DNA of 64,000 nt, from NCBI RefSeq assembly GCF_003918875.1, contig NW_025765314.1:124001-188000 (forward strand). Direction: 5' to 3'. This stretch comes from Haliotis rubra (Eukaryota). Below are positions 14,434-27,357 of the stretch, piece after piece (positions within the stretch are counted from its first letter, which is position 1; each line of letters starts with the position of its first letter). The notes under the pieces were generated by a model, which had not been told where the DNA came from, ran no database searches, and was given only the letters and a program-made list of their open reading frames with translations. The position numbers and the translations under genes are program-made.

Positions 14434-15267
14434 GTTATTTACATTGTGTCTGAGCTTGCCTGTGTCTGAGTACCATCAAGGGAGAGCTTCGAGCTCACTG
14501 TATGATGTGGTGGGAGCCCACCCGACGTCGCCATGTTGTCAATACCAGGTGAATCTTCGCCCTGGCTGTCAATCTTTTTCTTCCGTGGTTTAGACTATTT
14601 ACGGGGAGGTTTTCCTCCGGTTTCACGGTTCATTTGTATGAATGATACACAAGCATCATTTCAAGCCAAAAATTACCTTGAAGTTCAGCCTTTTCAGTCT
14701 TAACCAGAAAAAAAATCCCGGAGCTGTTCAGCCCAGCCACCTGTACCTGTATTCACATTCATTGGAAGCTATACATGCGTCAAGCGTCTTAAGTGACAAC
14801 ATTCGGAACAAAACGAAGTTGCGATGTTTATTGAAACTGTATATAATCTCTTACGAGAACTTATCTACAGCAGTGCAAAATTCGTGACCAGTCCAGTTCA
14901 GACAGGACTGGACAGCTTTGATGGTTGCACAGGGGTTTAAATGTGTTGAGAGGAAACCGAAAAGCAAAACACTCGATGTTATGAAAAGGTCATAGGATTA
15001 TATCAATATATAATAGTGACAAAACCGTTTCCATTATCATAAGTGCTTACGTACATACCGGGTAAGGATAGCGTGATTGCCAGTAGTGGGCAGTGAACCT
15101 ACTTAGTGCTTGACTATCCTCTTGTCTGAACGGCACTTGCCGTTGATGCCAAGAGAATTGGGCAAGCAGTGAGGATGACCAAACGTTCACGAAGGGGTTG
15201 TAAGAATTCCAACTGGTTGACATCCTTATTTACGCGTTCACTGAAGCTTAGAGTAATTGCATCTTAA

Positions 15268-17185
15268 AGGGGCACTGATCCAGAGCGATTAATGTTTCCA
15301 GCCAACAGTCTAATTACGAAACCTAGCTGCAAACTGGTCAGCTCCTGCTCCCTCGACCGTGACGGACACTGGGACTGGGCTACTGTCCACCTTGGCAGAA
15401 TTTCTTCAACCTATTTAGTGGGACATTAGGAAGGGTGGATGCCCATCAGATGCCGTTATTTGAAAATATCCCCGGTAGTTTTTCACTTAGGTACTTAGGT
15501 ATATACACTTTTTAACTAAGTACACAGTAAATGCTTATATATATTTCTTATGTAACAATGAAGTTCTATACGTTCGTATCCTCAAAACAGTGTCGGCCCA
15601 TAAGGTTTCTTTTCAGACAATCAAACGTACATGCTACTCTCTTGCTGTAACCCTTGTTTGGTGTTAAACCTACACATGTTATTTGTCATCATTCACTTGA
15701 TGGTCAGTTAATGAATTTATAACAGGTATAATTAGTGATAACACCACTCAGATTACCCGACAAAGGTACCCATTTGACAATTTTGTGTCTGGAGTAAACA
15801 CTCATCATTATTAATTGAGGTCTGATGTGGCATATGTATTACATCTTATGTAATATGCGCATAGCAGTGCAGCAAGAGGAATTATCAGCTGAGTTTCAAA
15901 ACAAACATCGATCAAAGGATTAACCGATAACACGCTGATTGATTAATTGCTTTTATCCTGCACAGCGGATTTGTCAAAAGGTAGTGTTTATATATGTAGA
16001 TTTACTTATGTATACACCCTGTCGTAAAGTCTCTTTGTAAAAACAACGTCCTTCATTCAAAGGATTTACCGCCAATACATTGATTGATTCCTAAGTATTG
16101 GCTAAATAATTACTTTTTAAAGAATGGCGAACATCATGCAATTAGTTGCTATCTTGGGTGACCAATGGGATACACCAATGTGAAAAACCTGAAACGATAG
16201 ATCACTTTTTCGCATATTAGACTGTTAAAAGACACATGACATGGAGCAGGATTCTTTGTCAGCTGCAGATGAATGGCATCTCATTCCTTTATGTGGATAT
16301 TGATGGATACATTCCCCAAACAAGGTAATAGCCTGACATTGTTGCTATAACTTTAGTCTCAACAACAACAGAATCATTTTTCTTTTTGCCGTGAAGTGTA
16401 ATGAGACAGACAACATACACTAGATCGCACTTAGGGCGTGTGTGTGAAATATGATACAAGTTGGCAATCTATAAGGTGTCTAGATATAACAGTCATGCTA
16501 TAAATTCACTAAGTATAAGCAGATCGTATGCATTTTATGAAGTTTCAAAATGCATACAAATATGATAATAAACTAATTATGATTATAAGACTAAATATAA
16601 AGACGTACATTGACTTCGTTATTTCAGTCCTAACATTTCGTACCACTGGCAGATGGTTAAACTTAAAATGTTTTCATTTGTTATCAAAATAATGCCATTT
16701 AATACAACATCCAGATTGACTAGTAGTGAACCTCACTACTCTCCCCATGTACTTAGTTAGCCTTACTTTCAAACAATGCTATTATATCAGGCTTCTCGCC
16801 AAATTCAAAGTCAAACTATTTCTTAAATCAAATTCTACATCCATTTACAGTAACATTTTTATAAAGTCAACATTACTATGAAATAAAAAATTTACATCAA
16901 AATCAGCATTTTTATCAAAGGGAATTTGTTTTTTTTATAAGAAACCAAATTATTCATCACAGTCTACATAACTTTACAACAAAAAAACCATAAGATTATC
17001 GAGTAAAAAAAGATGTCATCTTTGTTGATCAGTCTATACTTATACTACCAATTGCGCATGAGGGTGGCGCAGCAGAAGCAACGAACCAGTCATGAATTCT
17101 GGAATTTCATCCGGGTACTCCCGGGAGAAAAACAATAACAAAAGCAACAACCAGTCCACGGAAATTGCTCTGGATCAGTGGCCCT
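15268..17185. mobile_element. Non-autonomous TTAA-specific element 1 (Kolobok-type termini)
   Basis: TTAA|AGGGGCACTGATCCAGAGCGATT ... AATTGCTCTGGATCAGTGGCCCT|TTAA. No transposase ORF inside. Confidence 0.8.
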
Positions 17186-17689
17186 TTAAAGGTCACATGC
17201 AACGTAAAAGACGACTTTGCAGATTCTGATATCTTTCGGTATGGACCTACAGATACAAATCATCAAAAATACAAATTCAACTTATAAAGTTGAAAAATAA
17301 CGCGATGAAAAAAACCCACTGCCCTGGGCTGCGCAAATAGCGCATGCTCAGTGAACAGGTTCGCATAGCTTTGAAGCGGGATGTCCGGATTATAAGGTGG
17401 TGAGCAAGAGTAGTCTAATCAAAACAAATAGTAAATAATCTACTCGTTACATAAAAGAACCTTGTTAGGATCTAGATGTACTCAGCTATATGTGTCAACC
17501 AGTGAGGCTTTCGGCAATTCAAGACGGAAACCTTCGCTGGCGGTGAGTACTCGGTGAAGGCTTTCATGTTAGCTATTTTTCTAATGTTTTGTTGATATTT
17601 CACAGGCACGAGCTTTTTATATGTTATGACAGTAGATTACCGATTTAACTGTTTATATAATTTCATTTGTCTATTTCACCACACGTTAC

Positions 17690-18190
17690 CAATTCCGACA
17701 GCAAATCAGCCATTTCCGACCACATCGAAGCAAGCCCCAATCATCAAATAGAGTGGTCTGACATCACCTTTCTCGCTAACAAACAAACAAACAAACAAAC
17801 AAACAGACTTCACTAAACGCAAGCTCACCGAAGCCATCCACATCAAACGCCAAAAGCCCACCATCAACCAAGGATACTTCATTCCATCCGCTTATGATGC
17901 ACTCATCCACCAAGCCCAATCTACTGTGTAAACTCCGCTGTATAAACATCTCATTATTATTTGTACATCATTGGCTTCCACGCCTGTCCTTTGTCTACTC
18001 TCTGGCTTCATCAGCTTACTGTCTAGCCAATTATGTTAATTATGTTGTTTTCTTTGTTACATTCAGTATATATATACTTCCCTCTTCTTCATGTTCCATT
18101 TATGCTTGACAACGGTACAAGAATCTGTATCGAAACGTCGCACTCACGAATAAAAAGAAGTTGTTATCCATAAAGTTTGTTCTATATTAC
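17690..18190 (+). mobile_element. Penelope-like element 3' end (GIY-YIG C-terminus plus pseudo-LTR region)
   Basis: DSKSAISDHIEASPNHQIEWSDITFLA...KRKLTEAIHIKRQKPTINQGYFIPSAYDALI with an (AAAC)n expansion inside, followed by a hammerhead-like motif and AATAAA. Confidence 0.8.
18103..18142 (+). ncRNA. Putative minimal type I hammerhead ribozyme of the Penelope repeat
   Basis: TGC-TTGACAA-CGGTACA-AGAATC-TGTATCG-AAAC-GTC-GCA: 3-bp stem I, core UUGACAA, stem II, GAAA box, palindromic ACGT stem III, GUC cleavage triplet. Confidence 0.6.
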
Positions 18191-18221
18191 ACTTGAGTGC
18201 ACACCCACCCGCTCTGACTGG

Positions 18222-18828
18222 GGTATCTTCCCATAAGACAGACCTCCAAAAAGGCAGACCGCTAAAAACAACACATTTTATGTTTGGTTGCATACGGCTT
18301 AATTAAGCTGTACCTTTGATAATAATGGTATGTGCCCAGATAAAAAAGACAACATTAGGTATTAACTATAGTTTTATCAATTCATATAATCAATTATGAT
18401 TTTTAAATTAAGACATATTGAATCAACATATAGGTACATCAACATATATTTGCCAGATCACATTTACTTGTGAATGTTATCAAAAAAATAAATAAATATA
18501 CATGTATCTATCAAGCATATGAGACCAAGCACCATATCATTTTACAAACACATGTTTGTCAGTGGACAGATAAGACTTATTAGAAAGTCACTTGAACATC
18601 ATCATTTTCTCCTTTCACCTTGTTCTTGGCATACAGGAAGACATCAAGAAGGGTGATCGGAAAAAAGTCATAGGAAAAGAAGTCATGGAAAAACGTCATG
18701 TGAAAAATAACTATTAGAAAACATCCTGTTCTCCAGTTATATACTTTGTTTATACTGAATTTTATAAATACTATTTCACTTCCTCATTGAGTCTGTCTTA
18801 TGGGAGGTCTGTCTTTTGGGAGTGAACC
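18222..18828. mobile_element. MITE with 8-9 bp TSD (Mutator- or hAT-like) nested in TTAA element 2
   Basis: Inverted ends GGTATCTTCCCATAAGACAGACCTCC / GGAGGTCTGTCTTTTGGGAGTGAACC, flanked by the direct repeat CTGACTGG (18214-18221, 18829-18836). Confidence 0.75.
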
Positions 18829-19876
18829 CTGACTGGGTTCGGTATCCCGGGTGCTTCATTTCGAGGGAAGTAAACCCAAGTACAAAATATTGCACTTTTG
18901 ATTTGCGATTGTACGCTTATAATTTGTTTATATGTTTTTTCATAATCAGCAATGTATATTATGTGTCATGAATAAGTGATAATTGTGTTTTAATTATGTT
19001 TCATTTTTTAGTTGCATGTGATCTTAAGTAGAGTCTGCCATGGGACAATTTCCAGTATCTACCTGTTTATTGATTCAGTAAGCAGTGTGGGACGTTATCA
19101 CAGGGGGCATTCGACTGTACATGAAAACCGGATGTTGCACGTCTGTAACAACCCATTTTCCACTGTACAGTTTTTCAGGGACAACACAGACTTCACGTTC
19201 ATGGTAATTACAGACACTATTTTGAATAGAACGGGCTTAAAGTTTGTGTGTCCGCAGATGAAGCTTTCTTATGCCCTAAACACTATATTTATGATGTGAC
19301 ATTCTTTCATCCTCTTTATCGGGATGATTTACTGTCGCCTTTTGGATTGCGTGATCGTGCCTTACGCAAAAATATCTAAATCTGTGAATCATAGTAATAT
19401 AGATGGTTTATTTCATACCATTAGACCTTTTCTACGCAGGCACAATTAGGATTTTCTTATACAAATGCCCAGTGCATGTATTGTGAATGTTTCAAGCCTT
19501 TGTTTTGACTGAAACTACACTGTAGGCTGAAGGGTAGTTGCTACTCTCTCAGGCTGTGACTGCAGGGGTAGTTGCGCCTTTACTGAGTCCTCTGATAGGT
19601 ATTCGGAAAAGGTCATTTCTCAAAGACTTGCATGTTTATTTGTGCCATAAATATATTATATGAGTTCCGGGTGGATATCGGTGAACTTTTGCAGGTAAAT
19701 TTGAAGTTGAAGTCACAACTATGCACATGGTTAATATTCAATTATTTGACAACTTTTTTACTAATTACTAATGTACAGTCACGCCATATGCTATGTTTTG
19801 AACGCTCATTTAGTTAAAGTTAACATGCAGGTCTATGTGGAAGTATGTCTTGTCCAAATACTAAATACCCGTTTGA

Positions 19877-20554
19877 ATGGATGTTGAGGCCCTAGACGAG
19901 TGTTGCATTTCCTTAAATTCGTCACACGTTGTCACAAGTACCTCTACTAAAGTTAAAAATATGACACTCCTATGCGATAGATGCGGGCGAAGCTTCAAAA
20001 CTAAGTATGGCTTGAAACTTCACTCCGACAGCATCCACAAGAACATATGGAGATTCGAATGTTTTGTGGGGCGGTGGGGTAGGCCAGTGGTTAAAGCGTT
20101 GGCTCGTCACGTCGAAGACCCGGGTTCAATTCCCCACATGGGTACAATGTGTGAAGCCCATTTCTGGTGTCCCCCGCCGTGATATTGCTGCAATATTGCT
20201 AAAAGCGGCGTAAAACTAAACTCACTCACTCGAATGTTTTGTATGTAATAAGAAATTCAACCAACTGTGGAGTTACAAATTTCATGTGAATCAATATCAT
20301 GGTGTAAGACCAGAGAAGTGTCCAAGTTGTAAGAAATCGTACTTCTCAAAAAAGGATCTTGCGCGTCATCGCGAGACCTGATCGGGTAAGGATAATTCCA
20401 GGGACTCTGATGTCGTCAGAGCGTCGTGGCAAAGGATTACATGTATGAACACAAGAGAAGCTACCACTATGTACAGGTGCCATACATGTAACAAGAACTC
20501 TAAAAGGCGATCCTCGCTACATCATCACGAGAACAACGTACACAATGAACAATG
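19877..20554 (+). pseudogene. Intronless multi-C2H2 zinc-finger ORF disrupted by a SINE, a stop and frameshifts
   Basis: CDRCGRSFKTKYGLKLHSDSIH...FECFV[SINE]CNKKFNQLWSYKFHVNQYHGVRPEKCPSCKKSYFSKKDLARHRET*, then YRCHTCNKNSKRRSSLHHHENNVH in another frame. Confidence 0.85.
20068..20229 (+). mobile_element. tRNA-derived SINE family A, copy 2
   Basis: Same sequence as copy 1, with (CACT)n tail and perfect 13-bp TSD TCGAATGTTTTGT (20055-20067, 20230-20242). Confidence 0.93.
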
Positions 20555-21022
20555 AACACCTGAACATTTACATAGAGATATCATGTATGTCCGATAGCCC
20601 AAATAAAGAGTCGTCTGCTTTATTCATGTCGGAGCAGTGGATATAGAGAGCCAAAGGCTCGCATAATATAAATTTTATTCCTAATATATGATATTAATGA
20701 TACGGAAACACACGAGGTTAATAATCCTTTTATCATATAATGTCATTCTGAAAATTACTCTAAAAAAGATGGAAATCATACGTGAATTTATATGAAGAGA
20801 ATCGAGCACTCGCCTAAGGATACTTAGCGGTACACCAAGGTTAAGGTCGTTCATGACGGCGGCATACGGTGCTTGATTTTTAGTAGCTAATATCAGTGTT
20901 GTAAACTCCCCAAAAGTTCAGCCAGACAACTGGTCTGGTAACTCTCAAAAGTTACCAGACCGGTTGGAAAGTTTCCAGTCCAGACTTTTCTGGATTAAGA
21001 AAACTAAAAAGAATGTAAATAA

Positions 21023-21968
21023 TAAATAATAAAGTTAATATTTGTATAGCGCCTGTTCCAACATATTGCTCAAAGGCGCTTAGGCGAAGGCTGTGTTGAA
21101 CAAGTGGGTTTTTAGTTGTCGTTTAAACTGGTCGAGATTGACAATGTTCTGAATGTGCCGAGGAAGACGGTTCCAGAGCCAGGGCCCGGCTTTGGAGAAC
21201 GATCTATCTCCATAGTGTCTTTTCCTAGTCATAGGAACATCCAGTGCTCTTGATGGTCTTGACCTAAGCTCTCTCCCTGGAGTGTAGGTTGATAGGAGTT
21301 CACTGATATACTCAGGAGCTAGACCATGCAGCGATTTGAAAACAAACACCAGGATCTTGAACTGGATACGTTGTCTCACTGGCAGCCAATGGAGGTCTTG
21401 TAAGACCGGGGAGATGTGATCTCGACGTCTGGTGTTGGTGATCACTCTGGCTGCACTGTTGTGCACTCTCTGGAGTCTGGAGAGTGAGTATTCCGATGCC
21501 CCATACAATAGACTATTGCAGTAGTCCATGCGAGATGTGACAAACGCATTAACTAGAGTCTTGACTGCATCCGTACCAATATGCTTCTTGATCAAGCTGA
21601 TGTTTCTTAGATGGTAGTAGCATGACCTGCATACAGCATCGATGTGTCGCTCAGATGACAAGGATGACTCAAAAACCACACCTAGATTCCTTGCTTGAGA
21701 ACTGGGGTTAACATCACAGTCACCAAGTTTCAATGGTGGGAACTGAAAGTTTGAAAGCAAAGATTTGGATCCAAAGATAATAAGTTCTGTCTTGTCGGCG
21801 TTGAGTTGGAGAAAGTGCGTGGACATCCAGTGCTGGATCTCCTTGACACAATCTACGATGGTCGCCTGAGCATTAGCAACAGAGGATGGGTGGAAAGGTC
21901 GGAAACCCATGTAGATCTGGGAATCGTCGGCATATAGATGAAATCCCAGATTGTATTTTGGGAATCTT
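21023..21968 (-). mobile_element. 5'-truncated L2-clade LINE inserted in the hAT element
   Basis: YADD, LQLNADKTE, SRMDYCNSLL, LHWLPV, FKRQLKTHLF. L2-type 3' stem-loop and (TTA)n tail. 10-bp TSD ATGTAAATAA (21013-21022, 21969-21978). Confidence 0.92.
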
Positions 21969-24420
21969 ATGTAAATAAGAGGATGGAACTGTTTAATGTC
22001 AGGTTATTGTCACAATAACACATGTTTTCAAATCTGTTTCAGTCAAGGCTTTAGTCAAGGCTTTAGCAGTTTAGTCATCATATTCAAAGTCAGATTCGTC
22101 CAAATCTGAAAAAACAGAATCATAGTCTGAATCTGAAGGGGGTGCAGATTCAGAACTTCCCCCTGCACTAGGCACTTCTTCAGCTTGAGGTACTTCAACT
22201 TCACTCAAATGATGCTCTAGAGTATTCAGTGAAACTGAATTCCTGACCCGCTTTGACTTAGGCAAAAACTCTGGCCTTCTATGATGATATTTGTTCCACT
22301 TCTGTATAGAGTGTGTTGGGTCAAAGTCAACAACTGCCTTGGAGTGAAGTTGGATTATCATCAAGAGTGTCATTGATGAGCTGCTGAGTTTGTTTCTGTA
22401 TTGAGACTTGGTCAGCTTCGTTTGTGAAAATTCCCTTTCGCATTCAGCACTGGAAGATGGTAGAGACAGAATCAAATCTATTACCTCCAGGATGTTAGGA
22501 CACCTCTCTGTGTGAAGTTTGTTGATTGTGGCCCAATTCAAGTTAGCCTCATGGACCTGATCACTGAAAAATAATAATGCCCTAATAATGACTTTGTAAT
22601 GTTAAATTCTAGACATTATAGGAATATGAGCTCTCGACAGAGTCAGATAATTACAATCAGTAATTACATGGTATCTGGCTATCAGCATAACTGATTTCCT
22701 AACCTTTTATACAAAGCCTGTTTCAGGGCTGTCCATTCTTCTTCAGCTGTAGCTAGGCCCACCCCTTTCCTCTCTAAGATGTCATGGAAGTGATCCAACA
22801 ATTTCATGAGGCAATCATCACCAAAATCTGCAAACATAAATCACTTCAAAGTTTTTATTAATCCTGAACTGAAGTCATTTGTGTCATCCATATAATACTA
22901 ATATCACTATTCTGCCTAATTACATCATGGAAAATCAGGTAATACTTCACAGTTTTCAATAATGGTAAAAACAAGTATATTTTTAAGTTATCCTGTTCAA
23001 CACATAACAAGATACAAAAGTCAAAAGAAGATAATTATAATCTCAGATGGAAAAAAGCTGAACATTTTAAGATGTTTCCACCATACGTGTTACATAACAT
23101 TTTTACACATCATCTTTAATATTTACTAGTAATAAATTTAGTCAGACAATATGCCAAATTGGAATTAAGTGAAGGGATAAAGTACATTAAGTAAAGATAA
23201 GACATAGTTGAGACACCTCATTGGTACTAAGTTTGGAATAAGTTCAATAACTATTAGAATTCATATCAGTACTGAACAACACACACACACCCTTAGCTGG
23301 TAGGCCAAGAGTTAAGATCAGCCAACTTGGTTGCACTGAAAATACCCTTGTCAAGATCATCAAATCTTCTCTGAAGGCAGCTGACCAGACCTTTAATTAC
23401 TCTGGCTGACTGTGCATCATGTTCAGATGTATTTCCTGTCAAACTTTCACCTTCAAACGTGTCCGAGGAAGCAACTTTTCTCAGTTCAAATCCATCTCTG
23501 AAATGCCACCACCATATTCTAAGAGCTACTTGACAGAAGAACACAACAGGAAACAGACAGAGAATACAAGCAGGGTGTAGGATTAGAATAGATTTGAGAT
23601 GCTGGTGTTTGAATGAACTAGATATTACTAATTATATGCATTCATATGGTCAGTACACAAAAGCAGAGACTAACTGTGTTTACAGAAAAGATAAGCCTTA
23701 GCAGGGAAAGGATTGCAAAGCCAGGTCGCTACAAACATACAAGTTAAAAGATTATATTTGGTCACTTGACATGCATACCTTTCCCCCAGCTTGTTCAGGT
23801 TGATAAGTGTAGTTTCAAGCTGTCTATGGACCTGGCAGACACACCCTTCTCGTTCCTGGAGTTGCTTGGAAAGGCGAGCCAAAACACTGAGCACATCTAC
23901 AAGGAAGTGGGCAAAGAAGATAATACTCTTTGACTTCAACTTTTTGACGAAGTTCATCGCCTTAGACTGAGCTGCTGACTGGGAACGTATCTGAGCAACC
24001 TGAAACAGATATAAATATTTAAGTCAACTATCAGAGTACTACTGTCGTACTATAAATAAGTCTGATATTAGTATCATGATGATGTTTACAAAAAGGAACA
24101 TTACTGTGAATGTGATACAACGCAAGTAAAGAAAAGACATTGTACTAACTTTCTTTGCTCAAGCATTTTTCAACAGATATCAAGCAAGAATGTTCAGTTT
24201 AGTGTACACATATATCTCAATGTATTCACAAAAACACATTCTGACAATTGTAATTGTATATCATGTGTACTATCTGATTATTAGTATATTACTATCTGTT
24301 ACTTATGTGTACTATCAAGGTTGCTATAACTGTAAGTTACTATAAAAAGAGCCTTAATTGTTAAACTTTTATATGTATAGATTTACCTTGCTCAAATGAA
24401 AAACCAGGGCCCTGTATCCA

Positions 24421-27357
24421 TCGCAAAACGTACCTTCAAACAAACTAAACGCCGGTCATGGAGGAAATATGTGTCAAAAATCAACTCCCGCACACCCATG
24501 TCCAAGGTGTGGAACATGATTCAAAAGATTAAGGGCAAAGGGTCAAAATCAGGAGTTCACCACCTGAAAGATGGTGACTCCCTCCTAACAAATAAATCTG
24601 AAATTGCAAACAAACTTGGCGAAACTTTGGCAAACCACTCCTCATCAAATTATAACCCTCAGTTCCAGAAGTACCAAACCCAACAAGAAAAGAAACCAGT
24701 CAATTTTAACTCTGATAATGGGGAGGATTACAACGAAACGTTTTCCCTCCATGAATTACGTACTGCCCTAGGAGAGGCTCACGACACTGCGGCAGGAGCT
24801 GATGAAATCCATTATCAGCTTCTGAAACACCTCCCTGACACAGGCTTGGAAACACTCCTAAATATATTTGATGACATCTGGACATCCGGACACTTCCCCC
24901 CTTCGTGGCACAATGCCATTATCATCCCTATACCAAAACCCGGTCGCGATCATACTGATCCATCAAACTACCGTCCTATATCCCTAACTAGCTGCGTTTG
25001 CAAAACCATGGAGCGCATGGTCAACAATCGATTAATCTGGTACTTGGAGACCAATAACCTCCTCAGTGACCTCCAATGTGGTTTCCGAAAAAACCGAAGT
25101 ACCATTGACCATCTGGTGCGTCTCGAATCATTCATCAAAAACTCCATTGTCAACAAACAACATACCGTATCTATCTTTTTCGACTTAGAAAAAGCATATG
25201 ATACAACGTCGAAACATGGTATCCTAAAAGATTTACACGAGTTTGGATTGAGGGGTAGACTACCTCAATTCATATCTCAGTTTTTAAATAACAGACAATT
25301 TCAAGTTCGGGTGGGTTCCACGCTGTCTGACTATTTCCACCAAGATCAGGGCGTCCCCCAAGGCAGCATCCTGTCTGTCACACTTTTTAGCATCAAAATT
25401 AACAACCTCACTAACGTTCTGAACAGTTGCGTTGATGGGTCCCTTTTCGTGGATGACTTCAATATTTCATGTCGTGGTAAGAACATGCACGCAATAGAAA
25501 GGCAGCTACAACTCTGCCTTAACAAAATCCAAAAATGGGCCAATGAAAATGGTTTTAAGTTTTCAAACTCCAAAACAAATTGTATTCACTTTTGTCGTAA
25601 ATACAAACCACACAAGGATCCAGACCTAACTTTAGATGGTACTCCCATCAAGGTAGTAGAAGAGGCCAAATTCCTTGGACTCATATTCGACCGCCACCTG
25701 ACATTCTTACCACACATAAAATATTTGAAAACAAAGTGCTTAAAGGCTCTAGACTTGCTAAAAGTAGTCTCAAATACAGAGTGGGGAGGGGATAAGACCA
25801 CCCTCCTTCACTTGTACAGATCATTAGTTCGCAGTAAACTAGATTATGGCTCCATTGTCTACGGTGGAGCCTGCAAAAGCAATTTAGAAAAATTAGACTC
25901 TATCCACCACCAAGGGCTGAGGCTCTGCCTGGGAGCTTTTAGGACCTCTCCGGTAGACAGTCTATATGCGGAGGCCAACGAACCTTCCCTTGAACAACGC
26001 CGCATTAAACTCTCAGTATATCACTAAACTGCAGTATATCACTAAATTACGTTCAAATGAGTCCAATCCAGCATACAATTGTGTTTTCAACCCGCTCTAT
26101 GAAAACTTATTTCCTAAACTGCCAAGCTTGGTTCCACCACTTGGAATCAGGATCAAACCACACATACCTGCAGCTAAAATTGATCTCAACATCATTGCAC
26201 CATACCGACTTCTGTCCTCACCACCATGGCAAATGGTGAAACCACAGATCGATCTTACCCTCACCAAACTCAAAAAGTCTGAAACAAATCCCTTGGTGTT
26301 CCAACAGGAATACAACCAGTTACGTTCGAAGTATAACACTCACAGATCCATTTTCACAGACGGATCCAAGGACGATGGCCAAGTTGCCAGCGCTACAGTC
26401 ATTGGAGCCAAGACTGCCTCCTCTAGGATCCCCGACAACAGTTCCATTTTCACCGCTGAAGCCAAAGCTATCTTCTCAGCTTCTCACCTACATCCAACAG
26501 CAAAATCAGTCCAAAAACTTCATCGTTTTTACAGATTCACTATCCTGCCTTCAAGCACTTCTAAACGTGACTTCAAGTCACCCAATCATCCTGGACATAC
26601 TAGAACTGTACAACGACCTTTCTACTGGCCAATATGACATCGTCCTCTGCTGGTTGCCGGGTCACGTCGGCATAGCAGGTAACACTAAGGCCGATGCTGC
26701 AGCAAAAGCAGCTCTTGAAAAGCCCCTATCTCCACTGCTAATCCCGTACAGTGATTTCAAACCCACTATCAAAAGCTATACTCGGGACCTGATGCAAAAA
26801 AAGGTGGGACACTCAAGTAGGAAGAAACAAACTCCATGAATTGAAGCCAACAATCGGTTATACCTACTTGGGTTGCCAGTCAAGACGTGATGAAGTAATT
26901 TTACGACGATGTCGTATTGGCCACAGTCGGTTTACACATGACTATCTGCTAAAAACGGATGGGGATGGAACCCCCATATGTCTCTCCTGCGATGAGGCTT
27001 TCACCGTCAAGCATATTCTGCTTGACTGTGTGGATTTTTACATCTGCAAGGGACTCGCATTATCACGCAACCAATCTGAAAGATCTGTTCTCCAGCGTGA
27101 GCGCTCATCTGATACTGAACTACCTGAGGGAAGTTGATCTATATCATAAAATGTAACTGTGTAATGTCACTAACGAATTTACCTGCTTTTCAATTTAATG
27201 CTATGACATTCTCTGTTCTAAAATGACAACGTAATGAATGTATGTCTTTGAAACGAAACCACTTTGTACTTACAATGTATATTAATGCAGACTTGTTCTC
27301 GTCACTATATGGCTGGAATAATGCCGATGTGACGTAAAGCCCAACTCAACTCAACTC
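24421..27357 (+). mobile_element. 5'-truncated Nimb/I-group LINE (RT, RNase H, CCHC) inserted in a hAT exon
   Basis: 543-aa RT ORF (NYRPISL, GVPQGS, FVDD). RNase H (FTDGSK, FTAEA, DSLS, WLPGHVGIAGN) and CxxC..H..C follow in frameshifted ORFs. (CAACT)n tail. Confidence 0.93.

Larger units (their letters stand above)
6770..14760 (-). mobile_element. Near full-length decayed LINE (RTEX/CR1-group-like; ORF1, APE, RT, CCHC), interrupted by nested insertions
   Basis: ORF1 with coiled coil and DLKCRSMRDNLLFF / LDRAHRIG / RPIVAK (13540-12750). APE: ISWNING, LVYLPP, SVIDY, SDHAP. RT: KGDARAPSNYRGTSL, QVGFRP, FVDFKRAFD, FTYLGI. C-terminus RLSSNNLAIGTGRY..RKC. Many frameshifts. Ends are approximate. 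Confidence 0.88.
17190..19024. mobile_element. Non-autonomous TTAA-specific element 2 (Kolobok-type termini), containing further insertions
   Basis: TTAA|AGGTCACATGCAAC ... GTTGCATGTGATCT|TAAG. The right junction is imperfect. Confidence 0.72.
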
